Part shown: one piece after another, positions 36,653 through 47,084 of the stretch | Position numbering within the stretch: the stretch's first letter is position 1 | How the letters are laid out: every line of letters begins with the position of its first letter | Assembly: GCA_002269645.1 (NCBI GenBank) | Contig: NIVC01001274.1 | Span: 204,408 to 268,407, forward strand | Length of the DNA stretch: 64,000 nt | Origin: Macrostomum lignano | Lineage: Eukaryota | Direction of reading: 5' to 3' | Translations under genes and position numbers: made by a program | Notes under the pieces: model-generated | Seen by the model: the letters and a program-made list of their open reading frames with translations, nothing else | What the model was told of the DNA's origin: nothing | Databases searched by the model: none

Positions 36653-37269
36653 TATGAAGGCAACCTTGGCGAATTTGTTTCTCAAACCCATTCAAATAAA
36701 CGATGATATTTGCACTACACAGGTGCATTACCTGCTGGAGAACGGAGCACACTATTGATTGCACAGCGCATCACAAGAAAAACGCATTCGAGCTGAAGGT
36801 GCTGGGCTAAGAGGTGACGAATTTTATAAGTTAATCGATGCATATAATGTGTAAAACTAACTGTGTGCGAGCATTAGCACACTTGTACATGTACGCTCGT
36901 AGTAGCAGAATATTAGTAAGATTTATAAATAAGATCGATAATGCGTTCCTAAATTCTTTTTGATTTGCCTTTATTTTGTTTATTAGAACCGATTCACCGA
37001 ACCAGCTATTTAGAAGTTTCTGATTAGACGCGCTCAGGATGACTAGCTCGACTCTGATTAGCTGATCTCAAGACTCCCAAACCCCAGGCAGACCCCTGGT
37101 TACTTGACAGATGCGATCATAAATCATAATCGAAAGCAATTAGTGAAACGTGAAAAAGATAAACTGAAGTTCAAAATCCTAAACTTTCTGGAGCAAACGT
37201 AACAGACAATAATATTTCATAACTCTTTTAAAAATCAAATCAATTAAAATTTTTCAATAAATACAGTCC

Positions 37270-40020
37270 TGGAGAAAGTCTTTGTCACAACTGCGGTTAC
37301 AGTCATCGTGATGGCAAGTGTCCGGCTTTTGGTAAGCTGTGTCTGTCCTGTGGCCGTCTGAACCACTTTCGCAGTCAATGCCAAAGCAACAATAACCGGA
37401 GGGTTATGACTCTAACAGCAGCTGCAGGTGAGGATGCTAGTGCTGGTGAAGAGGTGTATTTTATCGAAACGCTGCAGACTGATAACGGTTCCAGTTGGTA
37501 ATCAGAAGTTCAGATTCCAGATGGTAATAAGCTGCAATGCTGTGATGGCAGCCTGCGACTGTGTATCGATCCGACACATCTCAACAAAGCTATCAAGCGC
37601 GCTCACTACGCGATGACAACAGTTGAGCAAGTTGTTGCGCGCATTCCAGGTGCTAAGTACTTCACCGTGCTGGATGCAAAGACTAGTTTTTGGCAGATAA
37701 GACTGGACGAAGAAGGTACACAGCTCTGCACTTTCAACACTCCGTAGGGCAGATACAAGTTCGTTCGCCTGCCCCCAGGAACTATTGATGCACCGGAAGT
37801 CTACCAACGTGAGCTAAGCAAAATTTTCAGCAGCTGGGCCGAGGTAATTGTTGATTATATGCTTGTCTGGGGACGGACCCACGAAGAGCACGATCATAAG
37901 CTACTCAAAGTTCTCAATGAGGCCCGTCCGTCGAATTTAAAGCTAAATCGCAAGAAACTGAAAGTTGTTTCTTCAGTAAACTATGTCGGTCACGTGATTT
38001 CATCCGACGGTTTTCGTCCAGATCCTGCTAAAGTAAAAGTCATTCAAGAGCTTCCAGTTCCAGGTGATAAGCAGGCAGTGATGCGGCTGCTTGGCATGGC
38101 AACCTACCTGGGCGAGTTTATTCCCAATGCGTCGGATATCACTGAACCTCTTCGTGCCCTGCTCAAGAAGGAGGTGCTTTTCGACTGGCAAGAGAAGCAG
38201 CAACAAGCTTTTGAGAAGCTAAAAGATGTTCTGACGAACGCTCCTGTGCTAAGGTTGTTTGACGCCGATATGAAAGTTGAGCTTCAGGTTGACAGTTCAT
38301 CGGTCGGAGTTGGTTGCGTTTTGCTGCAGAATGGACGGCCTGTGGCGTATGGATCGGCTGCGCTGACCAACACGCAAAAGAACTACATTCAGATAGAGAA
38401 GGAGACTCTGGCCGTTGTTATTGCCTGCAAGAAATTCCATGACTACATCTATGGCCTTCCAGTAGTACGAGTGACTACAGACCACAAGCCCTTGGAGGTC
38501 ATTTTTAGGCGTGACTTGCTGCATGTTCCGCCACGCATTGCTCGAATGTTGTACCAGCTCAAAAGATATAATCTGCGTGTATCCAGGGCACCGGGATCCA
38601 AGATGCTGATTGCCGATACGCTTTCAAGAGCTTACCTTCCGGAGGCCGAGGCTGCTCTGGACGACGAAATCGAGGTGGAGGTGCATCAGAAAAGCAAGCC
38701 TCCCGATTTCTGCCATTCGTTCGCAGGAAATCCGAGACGAGACCCCGCAAAAATTCGGACTTGAGTGCTGTAGCCCGGTTTTTTCAGGCGGATGGTCCAA
38801 GCAACTTTCGGAACATTTGTCACTCTGTCCGTCCGTATTGGGGCTTCAAGGAGGACTTGACCTACAATGATTACGTGCTGATGAAGTTGGACAGTGTTAT
38901 TGTTCCAGCATCGTTGCGGCAGAAGATTCTGCAAATTTTACACGAAGGTCATGCTGGCGCGGGCAAGACGGAGGCCCGAGCTCGTCAAATTCTGTACTGG
39001 CCAGGCATGTCAGCGGATATTAAGAACTTCGTGAAGAACTGCAGCATTTGTCAGACGTTTCAGCCGGCCAACCCAAAGGAATCGCTGTTGAACCATCAGA
39101 TTCCGAATGCACCATGGACCAAGGTTGGTTGTGATCTGCTGGACTTCAATGGCGACAAGTGGCTAGTGGTTACCTGCTATTACAGCAACTGGATCGAACT
39201 GGCAAAGTTAGGTCAAAAGTCTGGTGCTGACCTGGTGATTGCTCGAATCAAGTCGATGTTCGCCAGGTTCGGTATCGTCGAAGAGCTGGTCAGTGATAAT
39301 GGGCCCCCATTCAGCTCGTTTAGGTTTCAAGAGTTTGCTGCACAGTTTGGTTTCGTGCACACGCACTCGTCACCCGGATATCCACAGTCCAACGGGATGG
39401 CTGAGAAGGCAGTCAAAGTGGCAAAGAGCATCCCGAGGAAAGCCGACCAGCCTGAAATTGCGCTAATGGAATATCGAGCTTCACCAATTAGCGGTACGAG
39501 CACTAGCCCCAGCGAGCTCATGTTCGGTCGGTTGATTCGGACGAAGCTTCCAGCGGGTGAGGAGGCGCTGCTCAAAGACAGAACAACCGGATTCTCCAAA
39601 GCCCCGCTGCAGGCTGCTCAAAAACGGCACTACGACCAGCAAGCCCGACCGCTCTCAACACTAAATCAGGGAGATGCAGTTCGTTTTCGGCACGGTTTCA
39701 GATTGGTGCCAGCTGTTGTGATGCAAGCTGATCCACCGCAACTACCGACTGCTGACTCAAAGCGGCAGGGAGCTGATTCGCAATCGCCGGGACCTGCGAC
39801 CAGTGCCGCCGCAGCAGTCCACTGCTGAGGACGAAGACGTCCAACTGGCGGCCCAGGCGGCTCCGGCCGGCGATGAGTTGGCGGCATCAGATCTTGCGGA
39901 GCCTGAAGAGCCACTGCGCCGCTCTGCCAGGGCCACAAAGGGTACTCCGCCTCTCCGCTACAGACAAGACGTGTGAGTGATAAGGACAGTGACTTTTGTT
40001 TGTTTTCAAGGACTGTTACA
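37270..40020 (+). mobile_element. Degenerate Ty3/gypsy internal region (gag knuckles, RT, RNase H, integrase)
   Basis: CHNCGYSH..CPAFGKLCLSCGRLNHFRSQC (from 37283). RT: LCIDPTHLNKAI, TFNTP*GRY (stop ~37745), catalytic DD altered to IVDY. RNase H: VDSS..GVG, QIEKE, TDHKPL. Integrase: HEGH..CSIC, VSDNGP, PQSNGMAE. Order RT-RH-INT; protease region deleted. Confidence 0.9.
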
Positions 40021-41454
40021 TGGAGTTTCAATACAAAGATAAGGGTTAATCCGCTTTCTTTGTTGCCGCGAAATTATTCCAAATATTTTTATTCCTTGTT
40101 CAAATCGAATTTTGTTTTTAATTTTTTGTCGCAAAAATATTGGAATTTTTTTTGTATTTGTTTCAAAAGAAATAATTTTTTGAGTTCTCGCACATGCCTA
40201 TAATGCTCAAATAATGTAATGTTTCGAAAGCGACAATTCCTTCGAGCAATTTGATTTTACTTCCTCTCGATTTTTTTGCTATTAGAAGACAGATGTCAGT
40301 GATGTACTTGAAACTATTATTTATTGTACACTCACCTGGACACCAGCCACCCCGTCCCCCAATCATGTACGTTGCTATCGATTGCTCAGCCCCCCTCGCC
40401 CCTCTATATAATATGCTTTATGACACTCTTGACTAATACACGTTTTCTCTCGGTCGCACGCTCATTACACAGTAGAAGACACGATTGTATTTCATAATAT
40501 AATACTTTTACAGACATCAGAGATTGGTGCTCTAATACTGACAGCTACTTGAAAAGTCACATAAAGAGGAAGTGCAAATAGTAAGAATAACTGATATAGG
40601 CTACAGAATCGTAGTTAATGCTATCCACAGCAAGTTCGAATACTCGTGTAAAAAATGAGAAACAGCATTGTTCAGCTGATGCCTGCAATGTCAATACAAT
40701 TCGTACATTTCAGAAAAACAAACAGCTTTTCAGTGAACCGTGTCGAAAGAAGCAAAAGAAAGGCTCAGGGGTGTCGGTGAGGAAACAATCTGGCGAGAAG
40801 TAAATGTACGCTCGTATCTTAAGCGAATTTCATGATGCAATGTCACGATGTATATAAAAGAATGGACGTATAAACACCTGGAAATTTTCCTAGCACAAGC
40901 CCCGACTGAATGTGGCCCGCGACCCAGGCGTCCAGATGCATCTAACCTTTATACTCTCTCCCCGCTTTTAGTATCTAAGCAATATGCTAACAGTCACTGC
41001 ATGCTTGCATGCGTAGCTAAAGGCTGAATATCCGATCAATTTGAGCGCACATGCGGACGTAATTTTATCATGAAAAATCTGTAACGAATCCTAAGACGTA
41101 AGTAAAATATTTGCTATCAGAATATCTTTTAAAAAACAGTAAATGAGGCCTAGCTATTGCTCAAATGCAGATGCAGGAAATTACAAAATGGAATATTGTT
41201 TAGGATTATATAATGACCGCATATAAACCATGTATATATACATGTAGTAGCACCATGGCACCCAATTATGGCAATCGAGATTTAAACGATTGCGATTTGA
41301 AAAATAGAAGAAGAGAGAAAAATAGGTGATAGCAAACACTGTGACGATGATTTCTGCTAAAACTTGAATAATTGCTTTCCACTTGAATAACAGAATTTTT
41401 CGATTGCTAATTGAAGAGAGTGGCAAAAGTCCAATTTGGACACTCTCTTACAAT

Positions 41455-41999
41455 TTTCATAGCTGGCAATGGAGGACCGCAGGTGGCGGTGGAGTCTTTG
41501 CAATCGTCTTGGAATAATCACGATAAATTCCATCTTATATTTTTATGTATTGTTATATTCAGGAAAGCCAGGCAACATATAGAAAATAATGGAAGAAATT
41601 AAACTGGACTCCTTAGTTGCTCCACTTGAACCAGAAATGGAGATCTTGGAGGTCTTCAACAATCCAAATAGCTCCCCTCATAAGTTTCTTGATGCTGTGC
41701 ATCCGAGGCGGGGTCAGGTCGATGGCGACCGAGGCGAAAGTGTTGCTGGATTGCTTAGCAATTGCGGTTTCGGTGGAGGCGGTGGTGGAGGATTCGGCAC
41801 AGGCTCTAGCGATTGCGGTTTCGGTGGAGGCGGTGGTGGAGGATTCGGCACAGACTCTAGCGATTGCGGTTTCGGTGGATACGGCGGTTACAACGGTGGT
41901 GGAGTCGGTCTGTGTGGCGGTCAGGCCGGTGGCGGCGGCTCGTTCTGCAGCGGAAATGTTGGCCGCTCACCCAGACAGGTGATGACTATTTTAGCTTGA
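41455..41999 (+). pseudogene. Remnant C': decayed family paralog with an internal 51-bp tandem duplication
   Basis: GDRG..., (CGFGGGGGGGFGTxSSD)x2.3, GGYNGGGVG, GGGGSFCSG match the last-exon motifs. Short upstream traces of exons 3 and 4; no PAN or signal exon found. Confidence 0.6.
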
Positions 42000-43404
42000 T
42001 CCAAGAGTTTGTCCGTTGATTCTTGTTCGAACGTGTTCATATTGAAAGAGAGGCTTCGAAATTAATCCATGTACATATTAAATCTACTTTTACCAACTTC
42101 CTAAAACCTTTTGCCTGTTAAGAATTTGTTTTATTGAACTCATTTCTCCCTACTAAACTTTAGCAGTAGTGTTGACCGTCTTTGATCGTTATATTTTGCA
42201 ACGGATTGTGAGTAATTTAACCATCCATAACAGCTTTTATAGTCTCGTGTACTATTGTCTGAAACTGTATTGTAACTTCTACACATAAATTGTATCTGAC
42301 ACATTAATATAATGATGATGATGGATTTGTAATGATCGTACATGACCGGTAATCAGTGATGACCTTTGAAAATTTAACTTCCATTACCGTACATTCCATT
42401 AGCGTACTTTAACTTTTCCGCAAAATTCTAGAACGTTCCATAGCGCAATAAAATATCTTTTAAACAAATCAGATACAAAATTCATGATATAAATGCACTT
42501 CTCCTTTATTTCAGTAAAATAATGAAACTATATTTTATGTAATTGATTTGTTACTACTACAATTTTCCCGAACATTTCCCGAACAGAATATTTTACGGCT
42601 CATGCATTATAAATTTACAGCAGGTGTTCAACGACACCAATGTAACTTTAATAGAAAATGCCCTTATTTTGTAGTTAACAAGTGAGCCAATGAGCTAAGC
42701 TTTGTATAGCAAAGCCCATTGCAATGTCAAAATAGCAGCCTTACATCGCCAAAGATGCGCCCCTTTCAACTAGCTGAGCGGGTGAAGTGCTTGAGACAAG
42801 AGGGTAAGGCAAATCCAGGCCCTTCATGAAAAATTGCTAGCAAGCAGTTGCAGCTGGGAAAAAGAAAAACTCAATCCGTGAGAATTACCTTAAAGAAGGA
42901 AAAGTTCCTGCAATTTAAAATTTCTGTCCGTCGGGACTGTATGCAGCACTATATGCATCATGATATTAACTTTTGTTAATAGCATTAACGGTTGGTATTT
43001 TAATTCTTTCGTTTAAAAAATTTGCATATTTAACCTTGTGACTTAGAGCTTATACATTAAATATACTTGTAATCTATTAATCTTGTAGACTAAATGAGTA
43101 CAGTAAAGCAGTGCCAAACTTAGTTATAAATTCAAATTTTGTAGCTGCTACATACATCGATTCGAATATCTACCAGAACAATATTTGAAGTTTATTTACA
43201 GCTGTACATGTGCTGTGGTTGGGAGCAGAGCTGGAAAATGTCAGTGTTTCGTTACTTTAGTTTTGCATGCATCAAATAAAGTACTTTATATTAGGAGCTT
43301 TGCCTCAGCTTGCTTGTGCTAGAATATTTGTGCCTCAGTCAAACATGGCTGCATCTGATCTCGTTCTGAGTTCACGCTCAGAAAAAAATCTTGCTCTCTC
43401 GAGA

Positions 43405-44242
43405 CAAGGAGTACAGAAAACTCAGGACGCAGAACTTAAACTTGGTATGACTTTTTAGCATTCTAAGATCAGTTATATTGTTAACCCAAGGACAACTTGA
43501 TAACTCAGGACCGGAAACGAGCCAATTCATGGCGAAAAAAGTATGAGGCTCGTTTAAAAGCATTGTTCTATGGCCCATCCGTATGCGCAGCCAATGTATA
43601 CTCGGATGGTGGATGTAGCGGCCTTTAATTTCTTCCCTTTTTTATCATTGGTGCATCTTGAGGCCAGTGCTTAGCACACACGCTCATGTAGTCTGTCACG
43701 GTCTAAACAACAACAAAATTGTTAATGAATTCATGTGGCCAGGCTAAATCTGATTCACAAAGCACATTTGAAGAAAGTCTTACCGTCAGTTGATTAGGCA
43801 GAGACAGTCGCCAAGCCTCTCGTTCAGTTGCATCTTTAGGAAAGGAAAATACTGCAACATTCCGATCACGGTTACTATTGTAGTTTGCACAAAAGAAAAT
43901 GACGCTGAATTTTCTCGGCATGATATTTAGTTTCGGCAAGAATAAAATTTCTCTCTCTCAATTGCAAGTGCATGCGAAGAACTCAATTTTCAGCTCAGAT
44001 TTCTTCGCTTTCGTAGCTTTGGATGGGCCATAGAACAATGCTTTTAAACGAGCCTCATACTTTTTTCGCCATGAATTGGCTCGTTTCCGGTCCTGAGTTA
44101 TCAAGTTGTCCTTGTGCTAACCTTGAAAAGTTATTTTTATGCTAATTAGTTAGACTTTTTACCATAGAGAATGCTTTCATACGCGCATTGGAAAATTTCT
44201 ACAAAGTTTAAGTTCCGCGTCCTGAGTTTTACAGTAGTCCTT
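43405..44242. mobile_element. P-element-like MITE (outer element) carrying a nested insertion
   Basis: TCTCGAGA|CAAGGA ... TCCTTG|TCTCGAGA: 8-bp TSD and ~39-bp imperfect TIR. Empty site TCTCGAGA at ~14885-14892 in block 1. Confidence 0.85.
43487..44114 (-). mobile_element. Inner P-like element with 94-bp TIRs and a degenerate THAP-like coding remnant
   Basis: TIRs 43487-43580 and 44021-44114 match on inspection; TSD TGTTAACC/TGCTAACC. The minus strand reads MPRKFSVIFFCANYN...VFSFPKDATEREAWRLSL, the FPKD..R..W pattern of THAP domains, with the first Cys lost. Confidence 0.8.
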
Positions 44243-45618
44243 GTCTCGAGATTAAGACTATCATTTTGTCGATAACGCTCACCCAGCCTTAAGTCATAGG
44301 CTTAGCAAATAGCCCGAGAAGCATGAGGACTTGAAGACTAATAGTTCAGAAAAGGTCTTACTATAAGAAGAAGCGTCATCGGACTCAAAAGGTGAAGTAG
44401 GACGAAAAGGAAGAAAATCTAGTAGAAAAGGGAAACTGAGGGAAAAGCCCTAACCAAACTAAAAAAACTTTTCTACAATTAGAAAGTCTGAGAGTCAGAG
44501 AAGAATCCCTCTCTGGATGGACGTAAAAATTCAGTTTAAATGTACTGCAGAGACATGACCTGAATGGGGACTGGGGACAGAGACACTGAGTCTTACTTTG
44601 CGCACCTTGACAACGGGACAGCAAATAAAACAAGTGAAGGTCAGTTGAGAAAATGTAAGACAGTAAAGCTTTGGGAGCGGGATACAGCACCTCATTACAA
44701 TTCTCACTCACAATTTCAGTACTGAGAGTCGGCAAACACACAACTTTAGAAGATGCGTCAGCCACAGGTATTGCTACTCTTCGCCATCGGTTTCTGCTGC
44801 ATCATGGTCTCGGAAGGTGCGTATTGAAGTTGACTTTTTGCTCCTAACTAGTTAATTAATTGGAAAAGCATATCCAAGTTTTGACCTGAAAAAGAAGGAC
44901 TTCAAATAGAAGGAGAACTAATCGATATGGCCAGCTTTTCCGATTGGCTTTGCTTGTTTCATTTTTAGCAGGGGCTACCTGAGGAGGACGATATTTAACA
45001 ATCAACAATTTTGGTCGTATTAGTTTCGGAGACTAAATCTCAAAGCGAAAATTATATTGAAGACATCTAACGACGAGGCCCCTTGAGTTAAACGTTTCAC
45101 CGCTGGACAGGTGATAAGCTGGCCCCCTCCATAACAATTGCCATGCAGGCGCTTGCAACCGAACTCGCTATGTGCAACACAACGGCGTCCTTGTTGTCAA
45201 CTCGACCGTCAGTAGCCAAGTCCTGAATGCCACCGGAGTGACTTCAGTTGAAGCATGCGCCATGCTGTGCGGAATGAAATCCTGCTCTGCCGCCGTGTTC
45301 TGGAAGAGCAGCGGTCTGTGCCAGCTGGTGGCGGTGTCTCGCGAGCCGGGATTTGCTGGAAACAACGAATGGAGACTACTGGGCTCGGAGACTGCTGACG
45401 CGGTGGTGATGAAGCTGGAAAACTTCGAAGAACTGATGAAGCCTCGTATTATAAATGTCACTCGAGTGTTTACAAGTGAGAGTTCAGCCGCATGCATAAT
45501 TGCATAGATTATCGCACACTTGGTGCACTTTTTCCCTCTTCCTTAGGTCGGCTCCAGCTGGCCACAAGTCACTACGATTGTTTTGTTTTTGCTTTTCCTA
45601 ATTTCCGCTTTTCCATAT

Positions 45619-45661
45619 CAAGGACTACTCAAGTACATTATATATACTAAAGTTGTCCTTG
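45619..45661. mobile_element. 43-bp minimal CAAGGAC...GTCCTTG element
   Basis: Same termini as the P-like elements. Flanks TTCCATAT / TCCCGTGT both resemble the single TCCCATGT at the empty site in gene B (~16262). Confidence 0.55.
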
Positions 45662-46892
45662 TCCCGTGTTCGTTTTAAATTCAATCCATATAAGCATATT
45701 TGAGTCAGCGATAGCTAATTGAAACATGCATGGATTTCAGACAATGGAACGGGTCGAATCGGCTCTGTCCAGCTGGTGACCATCGACATTGCCGGCTGCT
45801 ACCGAATCGAACTCGCTGGTGCTAAGGGCGGCGACAACACGTATGTCAGTCCTGACAAACTCGGCGGCAAGGGAGCTCTGGCTGCTGGCAACTTCAGTTT
45901 GTCAGTCGGAGTTCAGCTGTCGATTGTTGTCGGCCAGGCCGGAGGCCCATCGCAGAGCAGCAGCTACTCTAGCGGCGCGGCGGCGGCGGGGGCAGCTTCG
46001 TGTACCGGACATCGGACAATGGGCTGCTGATGGCCGCTGGCGGCGGCGGGGGCGCCTCGTATGGGTATTCCGGTAAGCATGCGATTTTTATTGTATCTTA
46101 ACTGAGACGTTTGGTAGTTGCTTTTGCCATATTGTCGTATGCAGCTATTCAATAATGTATTTGTCAAAAGTTTCAAGAAACTGAAGCCGGTAAACAGTTT
46201 AGGGAAATGGCGACTTAAGTATCTTTTATCAAGTATATTTTTAAGTAGTCCCTGAACCAGGGACGAAACTACACTGAAGAATGTCTCAGTCTATCGACGC
46301 ATTTCTATTGTAAAATTGTGAAATCTTCATGGATCTACAGGCCAGAGTTCATTGATGGTGCAGGCTGCCAGAAGTATTGCAGAATTTTTTCTGCTTCACA
46401 ACACTTTAGCCGAGACAGTCTTCAATTAACGACGATCGCATGCTAAAATTCTTTTTATGAAAGCAAAAGTTGGCACTTATACTAACTGAAAAGTAAAGTG
46501 AGCAGTATAACAACTTCTAAAAAATAAAAAAGTTAAACATTTTTCTTGTTGCAGAACTTTAATATACTCAGCAACATGTTAAAATTTCCAGCCCGAAAAC
46601 AGTTGTCAACTTTTCTCGGATCTCAGTCTTAAGTAACGCAATTCACAAAACGCCTGCGGTTCTCGTCTTAAAGCTGTGGGTGATGCAGCTTAGGCTGGTG
46701 AGGTGACAGTGGAGAGTTATTGGCTAGAGTTAGATTACAGCTGCCGACCTCTGGTTTTGTGAAAAACTTTAACATATTGCTGAATGTATCTGCGTATTTG
46801 AGGGTGGTTAATTTAGCTATGGGAGATTTCAGAGCATTACTTCCCACTCCAGTAGATTTGGGTAAATGAGCAATCGCTGCTTAAATTCATTA

Positions 46893-47084
46893 GGCTGTAT
46901 GCAGAAAGCTTAGTCCAGACTAGCCAGTCCGGACTTGGGTAGTTCAGTCTATAGTCTATGGTCCAGCTACCCTAGTTCTGTCTATAGTAGACCGGTCTAA
47001 CTTTGCGTTTCTGGATACAAAATCCAAGTCCAGACTAGCTTTTCGAGACCGGACTACCCTAGACAGAGCTTTCTGCATACGGCC
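46893..47084. mobile_element. MITE, possibly PIF/Harbinger-like
   Basis: TIR GGCTGTATGCAGAAAGCT / AGCTTTCTGCATACGGCC (1 mismatch). Absent from gene B. Left flank TTA; right flank not matching. Confidence 0.55.
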
